Shown piece by piece: positions 19,832-29,307 of a stretch of DNA of 64,000 nt. Numbering within the stretch: position 1 is the stretch's first letter; the number at the start of each line of letters is the position of its first letter. The translations under genes and the position numbers were made by a program. The stretch spans positions 64,001 through 128,000 of the forward strand of contig OZ223497.1 of NCBI GenBank assembly GCA_965140785.1, read 5' to 3'. Source of the DNA: an uncultured Ruficoccus sp. GTDB taxonomy: Bacteria > Verrucomicrobiota > Verrucomicrobiia > Opitutales > Cerasicoccaceae. Below the pieces are notes generated by a model. It searched no databases and was not told the DNA's origin. It saw nothing but the letters and a program-made list of their open reading frames with translations.

Positions 19832-19895
19832 GAATGTACAAAATTGATTTATGGCCTGAAATTTAAGAAAATACTTGAATTTGTACAACAAATAA
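19832..19895. promoter_or_regulatory. Two TGTACA boxes, probable GntR/AraR-type operators
   Basis: aatgtacaaaat and atttgtacaacaaat just upstream of the GntR-LacI gene. Confidence 0.5.
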
Positions 19896-19909
19896 GAGAG
19901 GGTTTGTGC

Positions 19910-21019
19910 ATGCCGACAACAAGCGCCAAATCAGTCAGGAAGCTCGATTATGTTTTTGACGAACTTACTGGCCGGCTTGCTGCCCGGGAATGGAACGTAG
20001 GTGAACGAATTCCGACGGAAATTGAGCTGGCAAAAGAATACGGATGTGCCCGCGGCACCGTGAACCGAGCGATTGAGCGAATGGTTCACGAGGGGTTGCT
20101 GGAGCGTAAGACGCGATCAGGGACTCGTGTTCTCCGAAACCATATCAGGCAAAATCAGGCTCCGCTCGAATTGGATGCATGCGCACTGATTTATCCGAAT
20201 GAGCTCCATGAGGGGATTCGGCGTATATCCCAGGGCTTTCAGGATGCTGCGGCCAGAGATGGAAGTCGTATCCTCATGATGACGACTGGCCTTGATACCA
20301 AGAAGGAGTCCGAAATGGTTAGTCGCTTGTCGGAGTTTGATGTCAAGGGTGCGGCTATTTTTCCTGTTACGCTCGGCCCGCAAGAACGTCTAGATTTCAC
20401 GCGAATGGTATTGGCGTGTAAGTTCCCGGTTGTCCTTCTTCAGACTTTGATGCCGGATACGGGTTGCTATAGCGTGTCCGTTGACGGCCTCCATGCCGGG
20501 TTTACGATGACTAAGTATCTGCTCGGGCAGGGCCTTCGACGCGTAGGTTTTTTTGGTAATTACGGGTGGTCTCTGCTCATACGTGAAAAGCACACGGGGT
20601 ATCGACAGGCTATGTATGAGGCGGGGCTGGATGATGTTTGCCAGGAGCTCAGCTACTTGCAGTTGGAGATGAATCCCGATTTTGATAAGCCTTCGGATGA
20701 ACCCGAGGAGATTGCTCGTGATTATCTTGAAGCACATCCTGACCTTGAGGCGGTTGTCTGCGCTTCGGATTACATGGCGTTAGGGGTCATGGACGCTGCG
20801 ATAAAGATGGGAAAGCGTGTCCCGGAAGACCTTCGAATTGTTGGTATTGATGGATTTGAGTCAATTAAGCCGCAAGTAGCCCTGACGAGCTACCGTGTTC
20901 CCTATGAGAAGATCGGAGAGCTGTCCTTGGACCTTTTGCATAAGATTATCCGTGGAGAGCAAAGCGGTCTACGTGAAGTACAACTTCGTGGTGAGCTTGT
21001 TGTTCGAGACAGTGGATGA
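19910..21019 (+). CDS. GntR-HTH / LacI-type sugar-binding regulator (AraR-like)
   Basis: RIPTEIELAKEYGCARGTVNRA...GTRV, plus C-terminal SDYMALG, RVPEDLRIVGIDG. Confidence 0.92.
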   Translation: MPTTSAKSVRKLDYVFDELTGRLAAREWNVGERIPTEIELAKEYGCARGTVNRAIERMVHEGLLERKTRSGTRVLRNHIRQNQAPLELDACALIYPNELHEGIRRISQGFQDAAARDGSRILMMTTGLDTKKESEMVSRLSEFDVKGAAIFPVTLGPQERLDFTRMVLACKFPVVLLQTLMPDTGCYSVSVDGLHAGFTMTKYLLGQGLRRVGFFGNYGWSLLIREKHTGYRQAMYEAGLDDVCQELSYLQLEMNPDFDKPSDEPEEIARDYLEAHPDLEAVVCASDYMALGVMDAAIKMGKRVPEDLRIVGIDGFESIKPQVALTSYRVPYEKIGELSLDLLHKIIRGEQSGLREVQLRGELVVRDSG

Positions 21020-21070
21020 GCCAACTTTGTTTTAATTTTAACGAAAACGATACCTAAACCCCAATAAATA

Positions 21071-21952
21071 ATGAATATCTCAGTAATTAGTAAATGTGCA
21101 CTAGCATTTTCGCTCACAGTGGCTGCGGCGAGCGCTGCCTCCGCGCAAATTCTTTTTTATGATTTTAATCAGACTGGAAGCTCTGTATCAAGCAGTGGGT
21201 CCGCCGATTACTCGCTGACGATGAGAGACTCCAATGGCGATATTGCAGATCTTCACTCGGCTGAGGGTGGGGGTGTGTCAGGAGCGTCAGATGATCGAGC
21301 ATTCGATAATACAGCGGCATCTGGGATGGGGAGTGCCGGGCAGAAAACAGGCGGATACGCTTATACTTCGTCAGCTATTAGCTCTACGATTGGCGGACTG
21401 GAATCTTTTACGGTAACAGGTTGGTTTAAGTCTGATTCAGTAATTGATAATGCGGCAGGACTAGTCAAATTTACAGCATCGGGAAGTCCAAACGCAGGTG
21501 TCTATGTCTATGCGTCTAATACCGGTAGATTAACCCTTCAAGTAAATGACATAAATGGATCGTATGTGCCCAATTCAGATTATAGTATAACTGACGAATG
21601 GGTGTTCTTTGCCATCACCTATGATGGTACAAAAACCAGTGACAACGTTGATTACTATATTGGTACTTCGACGGAAAGTGTGAGCTTGGCATATACTGCC
21701 ACTCTGGATGCAGGAACCGTAGTCGCTGCAAACACCGGACTAAGCGTTACGGTTAGCTCTCGGCCATACGATGGATATATGGACGACATTGGACTTTATG
21801 GGTCGTATGAGGACGATAGCGGTGTGCTCTCAATGGAGGCATTAGAGGATGCGCGAGCTGCCAGTGTTCCCGAGCCTTCATCCTCTTCGCTTTGTCTTGG
21901 TGCCCTTATCCTTTTAGCGATTGGCTATCGCCGCTTGTGTCGTCGCGATTGA
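21071..21952 (+). CDS. LamG/ConA-like PEP-CTERM surface protein (paralog 1)
   Basis: Signal peptide; FTVTGWFK, EWVFFAITYDG, YDGYMDDI; VPEP-TM-RR tail. Confidence 0.88.
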   Translation: MNISVISKCALAFSLTVAAASAASAQILFYDFNQTGSSVSSSGSADYSLTMRDSNGDIADLHSAEGGGVSGASDDRAFDNTAASGMGSAGQKTGGYAYTSSAISSTIGGLESFTVTGWFKSDSVIDNAAGLVKFTASGSPNAGVYVYASNTGRLTLQVNDINGSYVPNSDYSITDEWVFFAITYDGTKTSDNVDYYIGTSTESVSLAYTATLDAGTVVAANTGLSVTVSSRPYDGYMDDIGLYGSYEDDSGVLSMEALEDARAASVPEPSSSSLCLGALILLAIGYRRLCRRD

Positions 21953-22057
21953 TACCCCAGTCGTCGTCCCGTCTCTTGATTTTGGTTAATAAGCAATGAT
22001 GGAGGACACCTTCATCAATAGCTTAGTAATCTACATCCGTAGCCGTTAGGAGATATT

Positions 22058-22717
22058 ATGAATCCACGCGTGGAATATTCGTGCCGACGTTCACAGCCAG
22101 CCTTTTCACTGGTAGAACTGTTGGCGGCAATTGGTGTAATTACTATTCTTGCCGCACTTGTTATTGTGGGCATTAGATCTGCTCGTGTTGCTGCTCAACG
22201 TTCGGAGTGCACGAGTCAGCTACGACAAATTGCCAGCCTCATTCTGTTGAACGCCGCAGATAGTAAGCAGGAGGTGCTTCCGGCGTATTCAGGTATAGCC
22301 GGAGAAACCGCTGGAAGCTATTGGTATGCGCGGACGTCTCCATTGACCAACTACATTGATGAAGATGAGCTTCAGCAACTTGCAGTGTGTCCGGTAAATC
22401 GAACGGATGGTTCGTTGGATGTCGTTGACGGCCTGTATATTCGAAACGACTACGGATATCCCTATGTTCCAAACTACTACGTCATGAAGAGTAACGGTCG
22501 GGATTTGGTGCATTTGAGTGATATAATTGATCCCCCAGGGACCATTCTTATGGCGGATGCAGTGTCAGGTCCGGGGTGGGGCGTTGGTTTTGCGTGGAGC
22601 CAACTTTCAAGAGTCGGAACCCAACACGGTGGTAACACAAATATCCTATGGTGCGATGGGCATGTGTCTTCCATCGATAAAAATGAACTGACGCTGGATA
22701 AGCTTTTATTGGATTAA
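22058..22717 (+). CDS. Prepilin-type N-terminal cleavage protein with H-X9-DG C-terminus
   Basis: AFSLVELLAAIGVITILAAL, CTSQLRQI, HGGNTNILWCDGHV. Confidence 0.92.
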   Translation: MNPRVEYSCRRSQPAFSLVELLAAIGVITILAALVIVGIRSARVAAQRSECTSQLRQIASLILLNAADSKQEVLPAYSGIAGETAGSYWYARTSPLTNYIDEDELQQLAVCPVNRTDGSLDVVDGLYIRNDYGYPYVPNYYVMKSNGRDLVHLSDIIDPPGTILMADAVSGPGWGVGFAWSQLSRVGTQHGGNTNILWCDGHVSSIDKNELTLDKLLLD

Positions 22718-22840
22718 ACTCAGATGAGAGAATGGGTGAAGTCGAACTATGGTCATGGAACTGTATAAGATAAATATACTTATGCTGGGCGAAGTCATGG
22801 CCATAGGTCTGAAAGAAACTAGCGGAGAGCTGGATGTCCG

Positions 22841-24028
22841 ATGATCCCATTGCATAAGCCATCTCTGTTTTCTGTCTGGGATGATCCTGTGAGCGGTGTT
22901 GACAGTTACGTCCTCACCCGACGGATATCGCCCATTCAGCAGTCATTTTATTTTACGTCGCCGAGTGTAAGTGCTGAGGGACGCTACTATATGTTCTACG
23001 TGGCGGACCCGCCCACGGTTGGGCATACGCTAGGGTGTGTGGATTTCCTCACAGGAGAGGTGTATCATATTCCAGGTACACAATTTCGGAGCTGTGTCCC
23101 ATACATGGATTTGGTGAACAATACTCTCTACTGGAGTTCAGGGGTAAACGTCTGGAAGCGTGGCTTAGAGCAGGGTGATGTCGCAGAGAGAGTCAGTGTG
23201 ATTCCCGCGTCGATTACAAGGGGGTATCCAATCTCCTCTGTGGCCACGCACTTCACACAGTCCGCCGATCACCACTATCTGAATATGGACTTTCGTGTCG
23301 GTAACGAATGGCAGGTCGGTCGAATTTCTCTGGATGAAGGTGACGTAGAGCTGTGGCAAAGCTTTCCAAGAGCATACAAGCACAGCCAGTTCTCTCCCAC
23401 AGATCCGGACTTGATGCTCATCGCTCAGGATTTTTATCAGGATTACGAAACAGGTATTTCCTATGGGTATTCAAACCGCCTGTGGACAATTCGTAAAGGG
23501 GAGCCAGCTCAGCCCGTATTCTCCCGCGCCGATGCGTTGGCACCGACGGAGATTGTCATGGTAAACGCTCATACCGGATTTCATTCATATGAGAGCGATC
23601 CTCGCTCCACTTTGGGACATGAGTGGTGGAGTGCCGATGGTCAGTACATCTGGTATGTCCATTATGGGAGGGGAGTTGGGCGAGTTAAGCTCGATACACT
23701 GACGCCTGAACTCCTATGGGCATTGCCTCGCGTGACTCACGCTCATGCTGACAGTAGCGGGCAATACCTTGTGGCTGACAATATCCCGGAGGACGATCCT
23801 GATGATCAGCGTATTATTTTCTTTAACTGTAAAACCGGCAAGACTGTGAACATTGTTTCGGCTTTGCCCGATATGGCCCCATGGCCCGATGAATATCGAA
23901 AATACCATGTGCATCCTCATCCGCACTTCTGCGCTCACGATGCGCTAATTTGCTACACCACAACGGTGATGGGGAGGCCGGATGTCGCTTTCGTAAAAGT
24001 CGATACCTTGATCGAAGCGACCAGCTAA
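22841..24028 (+). CDS. Oligogalacturonate-lyase-like beta-propeller
   Basis: QSFYFT, HSQFSP, GHEWWS, HAH, HPHPHF motifs. Confidence 0.7.
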   Translation: MIPLHKPSLFSVWDDPVSGVDSYVLTRRISPIQQSFYFTSPSVSAEGRYYMFYVADPPTVGHTLGCVDFLTGEVYHIPGTQFRSCVPYMDLVNNTLYWSSGVNVWKRGLEQGDVAERVSVIPASITRGYPISSVATHFTQSADHHYLNMDFRVGNEWQVGRISLDEGDVELWQSFPRAYKHSQFSPTDPDLMLIAQDFYQDYETGISYGYSNRLWTIRKGEPAQPVFSRADALAPTEIVMVNAHTGFHSYESDPRSTLGHEWWSADGQYIWYVHYGRGVGRVKLDTLTPELLWALPRVTHAHADSSGQYLVADNIPEDDPDDQRIIFFNCKTGKTVNIVSALPDMAPWPDEYRKYHVHPHPHFCAHDALICYTTTVMGRPDVAFVKVDTLIEATS

Positions 24029-24117
24029 CAGGCTAATAACACATTTTCAGGTAACACGTTGAGCAACGGCATGCGCCGTTGCGAGGCTGTGCGCTAACTT
24101 TTGAGATAGACCAACAG

Positions 24118-26424
24118 ATGCATTTAATTGACTGGATCATAGTAATTGTACCGACACTGGGCATTTTAGGACTGGCTGTCTATTCACGTAAATATGTACG
24201 CGGTGTTGTGGACTTCCTTGCGGCCGGGCGTGTAGCTGGTCGATATGTCATTTCCGTCGGAGACATGACATCTTCGCTCAGCATCATTACCTTGATTGGG
24301 CTGGTAGAAATGAAATACCAGACTGGCTACGGTTTGATGTTTTGGTATAATCTCATCATGCCGGTCAGCATCGTGATGGGCTTGACGGGGTATTGCATTT
24401 ACCGTTTTCGGGAGACGAAATCTCTGTCGATCGGGCAGTTTCTTGAAATGCGCTATAGTAGGCGATTCCGGGTGATTGCAGCTGCACTGCGGACGTGCTC
24501 TGAGATGCTCACTAATGCCATTGGTCCCGCCATTGCCGCCAACTTTTTTATCTACTATCTGGGGCTGCCACATGAGGTTATGATATGGGGGGTACCTCTG
24601 CCGTGCTATGGGATTGTAGTAACGCTGGTCTTGTGCATGGCTATGGTCGTCATCTGGCCAGGCGGAAGAATCTCGCTGTTATTGACCGACTGCTTTCAGG
24701 GGCTGCTCAGCTACCCGGTCTTTGTCATCATAGGCGGATACTTGATTCTGAATATATCATGGAGTGGCGAGATCGCGCCGACCATGCTTGACCGGGCGCC
24801 AGGGCAAAGCTTTCTCAATCCCTTCGATATCTCCGAACTGCGTGACTTTAATGTGTTCGCCTTGTTCGTTCAGGTCGTAGGGCTGGTTTTGAATCGTGCC
24901 AGTTGGATTGGTAATGACACATCGGGCTCAGCGCGAACACCCCATGAGCAGAAGATGGCCGGTTTGCTGGGGGCATGGCGTACCGGGCTATCGACGTTTA
25001 TGTGCATGACCATTGCTGTGCTGGTGATTACGGTTCTGACGCATCGCAACTATGCAGATGAGGCCCGTGAGATTCGCCAGACTCTTTCGGATAAGGTCTC
25101 GGAGAAAGTTGTAGTGGACGATGATGTCCGTAATCAGTTGAAGGATCAAGTAGCCGCGATTCCCGAGCAGCGCCATATCATCGGAGAGGAGGCTCCACTG
25201 TCCCAGCAGAAGAATCTCGATACGGTCTATATTGATACCGCCAGGGATGTGCTAGGTGATGGCCCCGAGGGTAACCGCCAAGTGCAGAACTACCGGACAC
25301 TCTTCTATCAGATGATGATGCCGGTAACATTGAGTCATATCTTTCCCGCCGGGTTGATGGGCCTGTTCTGCTTGCTGATGCTTATGCTGATGTTGTCCAC
25401 GGACGATTCCCGCATCTTCAACTCTGCCTCAACTATTGTGCAGGATGTTATTCTTCCCTATTTGAAAAAGCCGCTTAGCCCTCGCCGACACCTCATGCTG
25501 TTGCGTCTTATTTGTCTGGTTACGGCTATCTTCTTTTGGTGCTTTTCCATGCTCTTCGTGAACTTGGACTACATCAATATGTTCATCACGATCATGACCG
25601 CGATCTGGCTGGGTGGGGCCGGACCGATCATGGTCTTTGGCTTATATAGCCGCTTTGGGACGACCGCCGGGGCATATGCGTCGCTTCTGCTCGGAAGCGG
25701 ATTTTCCATTGCTGGCCTCCTGCTTCAGCGCAATTGGGCAGCTCATGTTTATCCCTTCTTGGACCAGCATGGGTGGGTTGACTCAGTGGGGCACTTTTTC
25801 ATCACCCTCTCCAGTCCGTTTGCTCCCTATGTTGAGTGGAAGATGAGTGCTGTGAAATTCCCGATCAACTCCTACGAACTGTACTTTATGGCGATCATGC
25901 TCGGGATATGTGCCTATATCATTGTCTCGCTTGTAACCTGCAGGAAACCTTACAACCTCGACCGACTCCTGCACCGTGGGCAATACAGCATCGACGGGGC
26001 CAAGCACATCGATACGCCATGGTCCTGGGGAAATGTCTTGAGGAAGATTGTAGGCATCAACCCCGACTATACCCGTGGTGACAGGATTATTGCTTGGGCC
26101 ATTTTCTATTACTCGATTGTCTACAAGTTCGGCCTTTGCTTCGTGCTGGTGCTCGTCTGGAACTTAATCAGCCCATGGCCGAAAGAGTGGTGGAGCGTGT
26201 ATTTCTTTATCGTGTATATCGCTGTGGCGATCTCCATCGGTGCCATCACAACCGTTTGGTTCATGATTGGTGGTATTGTTGATGCGCGGCGGCTTTTTAG
26301 GGATTTGCGTGAACGCGTGGATAATCCACTGGATGACGGTCGCGTTGAGGGTGAAGTCTCCCTCATGGACAAGACAGCTTTTGATGAGTACGAAAATGAC
26401 TCTGCTACTAACAAAAAATCTTAA
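24118..26424 (+). CDS. Sodium:solute symporter family protein (paralog 1)
   Basis: DFLAAGR, SIGQFLEMRYSR, many TM helices, large hydrophilic loop. Confidence 0.9.
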   Translation: MHLIDWIIVIVPTLGILGLAVYSRKYVRGVVDFLAAGRVAGRYVISVGDMTSSLSIITLIGLVEMKYQTGYGLMFWYNLIMPVSIVMGLTGYCIYRFRETKSLSIGQFLEMRYSRRFRVIAAALRTCSEMLTNAIGPAIAANFFIYYLGLPHEVMIWGVPLPCYGIVVTLVLCMAMVVIWPGGRISLLLTDCFQGLLSYPVFVIIGGYLILNISWSGEIAPTMLDRAPGQSFLNPFDISELRDFNVFALFVQVVGLVLNRASWIGNDTSGSARTPHEQKMAGLLGAWRTGLSTFMCMTIAVLVITVLTHRNYADEAREIRQTLSDKVSEKVVVDDDVRNQLKDQVAAIPEQRHIIGEEAPLSQQKNLDTVYIDTARDVLGDGPEGNRQVQNYRTLFYQMMMPVTLSHIFPAGLMGLFCLLMLMLMLSTDDSRIFNSASTIVQDVILPYLKKPLSPRRHLMLLRLICLVTAIFFWCFSMLFVNLDYINMFITIMTAIWLGGAGPIMVFGLYSRFGTTAGAYASLLLGSGFSIAGLLLQRNWAAHVYPFLDQHGWVDSVGHFFITLSSPFAPYVEWKMSAVKFPINSYELYFMAIMLGICAYIIVSLVTCRKPYNLDRLLHRGQYSIDGAKHIDTPWSWGNVLRKIVGINPDYTRGDRIIAWAIFYYSIVYKFGLCFVLVLVWNLISPWPKEWWSVYFFIVYIAVAISIGAITTVWFMIGGIVDARRLFRDLRERVDNPLDDGRVEGEVSLMDKTAFDEYENDSATNKKS

Positions 26425-26430
26425 CTGAAC

Positions 26431-28164
26431 ATGACAATATCCCCCCTCTATATCATGCTTGCAGCGCTTACGTTAAGCGCTTGCAAAGAGAATAAATCAA
26501 TGGCCCTTGAGCCGGCTGTGACAGATTCTAACGTTAGCCTGCGACAGGCCATGGCAGTTGACGGCAACACGCTCTGGCAAGAGTATGTGCAAGCTCCGGA
26601 TACGCATCCCAATATTCCGAACTGCTCCTATGCGGGCTATCATTATGGCGAGGATCCGATTCCTGTCATCGAAGGCCCGGTGTATGATGTCAGGGATTTC
26701 GGGGCACAGGGAGATGGTGCCGCGGATGACACTCAGGCGATCCGTGATGCCCTGGCGGCCGTGGGGGATGATGGCGGTGTTGTCTATCTTCCGGATGGGG
26801 AATACCTGGTAAGCGGTGTTTTGTTTATACACAAGGACAAGACCGTCTTGAGAGGTGAGAGTGAGGACGGTACCATTATACGCTTTACGAAACCTCTCAA
26901 CGAAGCCTACCGACTGGCCAACTATCCGTCTAGTATTCCAACGGGCTACGCCACGAAGTGGAACTACTCTGGTGGCTTAGTTTGGGTCACGCCCGAGTCT
27001 CGGGGTAACACCTACCTGCCTGAGGGGACAGACCCGACAGGTGAGGCATCCGCGCTGCCCGATATCAAGACTGGCTGGCACTCACAGGCGCCCGCAGCGA
27101 TAATCGCCGAAAAAGCCGAGCGTGGCGATCGCGTCCTGCACCTTCGGTCTTCTGTTCCGTCGTGGAAGCCCGGCGATATCGTAATCTTGATTCAGAAGGA
27201 CCCTGGCGACTATTCATTTCTAAACGACCTGTGTGGGGGCGGGGAGTGGGCTGCCCAATACGACTGGACGCAGAAGAATGGGGCTGGCTGGGCCAACCCC
27301 GGCGCACTGATGTGGCCAGTAGAGCTAAAGGCTGTTGATTGGACGAACAACACGGTTACGTTGAGGCAGCCTTTGCGTTTCGATGTGGATACGGCCTGGA
27401 AGGCGAAACTGGTTTCCCTGGCCAAGCCAATCTCTGAGTGCGGGATTGAGAGCCTTACGTTGATTTGCGAACGAGATTATCAGTGGACGGTAGAGAAAAA
27501 TCACCACATCGATGTGGGCTGGAACCCCGTCTACTTTAACAACGCCGTTAATTGCTGGCTCACAGACGTGACCATGGTCGATGTCGAGAATGGCCTGAAC
27601 GTCGAATCTTCCAAGTGCCTGACTCTGCAGGATTTTACAATTATAGCTAGCAGTCCTGAGTTGATGACGCACCATCATGGGACGACGGCGCGGGGACGAA
27701 GCGCGGATATCCTCTTCAGCGATTTTGACATCGAGAGCCAGCCGATGCACGGGATTAACGTAGAGGGCTTTACCTGCGGCGTGGTATGGATGCGTGGCGT
27801 ACTGGAGCATGGTATTTTCGATACCCATCGGCAGATGCCCTTCGAGAATATGAAGACAGATGTCACACTCGTTAACAACGATGGCGCACGCGGTGGCATG
27901 GGTGGGCCCCTGATGGGAGCTAGATGTGTAAACTGGAATGTTACTATCGAATCCGGCAATCCGTACATCGCCGGGTGGGCAAATATACGTCCGCATGGGG
28001 CTTTGGTCGGCCTCCAGGGGGTACAGCCGGTGTGGGACGCATACGCGAGTATTACGCCGACCGGTGAGGTTTCGGAGTGCCGGGTAGAGGACCTTGGTGT
28101 CGTGCCTGAACCCGAGAATCTCTACGAGGCACAGCTCGCTCTGAGGCTTGCGACTGAACAGTAG
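26431..28164 (+). CDS. Lipoprotein with pectate-lyase-3/GH55-like beta-helix
   Basis: LSAC lipobox; SYAGYH, VRDFGAQGDGAADDTQAI, GGVVYLPDGEY, VLRGE. Confidence 0.8.
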   Translation: MTISPLYIMLAALTLSACKENKSMALEPAVTDSNVSLRQAMAVDGNTLWQEYVQAPDTHPNIPNCSYAGYHYGEDPIPVIEGPVYDVRDFGAQGDGAADDTQAIRDALAAVGDDGGVVYLPDGEYLVSGVLFIHKDKTVLRGESEDGTIIRFTKPLNEAYRLANYPSSIPTGYATKWNYSGGLVWVTPESRGNTYLPEGTDPTGEASALPDIKTGWHSQAPAAIIAEKAERGDRVLHLRSSVPSWKPGDIVILIQKDPGDYSFLNDLCGGGEWAAQYDWTQKNGAGWANPGALMWPVELKAVDWTNNTVTLRQPLRFDVDTAWKAKLVSLAKPISECGIESLTLICERDYQWTVEKNHHIDVGWNPVYFNNAVNCWLTDVTMVDVENGLNVESSKCLTLQDFTIIASSPELMTHHHGTTARGRSADILFSDFDIESQPMHGINVEGFTCGVVWMRGVLEHGIFDTHRQMPFENMKTDVTLVNNDGARGGMGGPLMGARCVNWNVTIESGNPYIAGWANIRPHGALVGLQGVQPVWDAYASITPTGEVSECRVEDLGVVPEPENLYEAQLALRLATEQ

Positions 28165-28209
28165 CCGTAACGAAACTTTAACTACATTTGTAAAAACTGA
28201 ATTAAGAGC

Positions 28210-29259
28210 ATGAAATCAGGAGATACCATTGACTTAGCCTATCGGAGTATCCGTAAGCATTATGAACTAAAGGGAAGTTTTGACCTGTACCAGGGGATTG
28301 TGAGTCTCTACGGCTTGGCCAGGCTGGTCGTGGATGCCGGAGCAGACCAGTATCTTGATGAGTTGAAGCGCGAACTCATGCCTTATGTGCGTGATGAGCG
28401 TCGTTTCAAATCAAACTTCCCCAACTACTTTTGCGGAGGTGTGGCGACTCCTTACTTGCTGTGGAAGGGCTTGCTCCCCGAAGCAGAGGGTATTGTGCGT
28501 CATTATGCCGAGGAGGTTATGAATGATGCGCCACGTGACCCGGCTGGAATTCTGTGCCATCCTCGCCACCCCGGTGAGTCCCGTATCTGGGTGGATGTCG
28601 CCTTCGCTGTTGGTCCGTTCATGCTGTTTGCCGGCTTGGCTCTCAACGATGAGCGATACCTGTCCGAGTCTTATGCCCAGACCGCTAAGATGTACAAGGT
28701 CTTAAGAGATCCTGAAAATGGCCTCATGCACCAGTCCCGAGGGTTCCGGGGGGCAGATTTTATTTCGGAGGATCACTGGAGCCGTGGTAACGGTTGGATG
28801 GCATTCGCTCTGACCGAACTGCTCCATTACCTGCCCGAGGATCATCCCGACCGAGAAGCCGCTGTTGCGCTTTATCTGGAGCACACGCTGGCCTGTGCTC
28901 AGTACCAAGGAGACGATGGTATGTGGAGACAGGAAATGACCGAAGTTCATCTATCCTACGTCGAGACCTCTGGGACGGCGCTGCTGCTATATGCTCAGGG
29001 GGTTGGCGTCGAGATGGGTGTCTTGGACAGTTCGTATCGCGAGCGTTTTGAAAGGGGAGTACGTAGCTTTCTGCGGTACGTATCTGACGATCTGGATGTT
29101 TATCACACCTGCTACGGTTGTCTGTGCCCAGGAGAAGGCACCAAGCTGGACTACATGGCCCACCGCACTGTTGTGAATGATGATCACGCCTTTGGACCAT
29201 TGGCGATGCTGATGGGGCAGGCGAGTGTACTGGGGATGTCCCACGTCACTGTTCAATGA
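28210..29259 (+). CDS. GH105/GH88-type unsaturated glycuronyl hydrolase
   Basis: IWVDVAF, WSRGNGW, GMWRQ, ETSGT. Confidence 0.85.
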   Translation: MKSGDTIDLAYRSIRKHYELKGSFDLYQGIVSLYGLARLVVDAGADQYLDELKRELMPYVRDERRFKSNFPNYFCGGVATPYLLWKGLLPEAEGIVRHYAEEVMNDAPRDPAGILCHPRHPGESRIWVDVAFAVGPFMLFAGLALNDERYLSESYAQTAKMYKVLRDPENGLMHQSRGFRGADFISEDHWSRGNGWMAFALTELLHYLPEDHPDREAAVALYLEHTLACAQYQGDDGMWRQEMTEVHLSYVETSGTALLLYAQGVGVEMGVLDSSYRERFERGVRSFLRYVSDDLDVYHTCYGCLCPGEGTKLDYMAHRTVVNDDHAFGPLAMLMGQASVLGMSHVTVQ

Positions 29260-29307
29260 ACCAGTTGGCTCAGAGCTTACGAAAACACATTACATTTCTC
29301 ACATATC

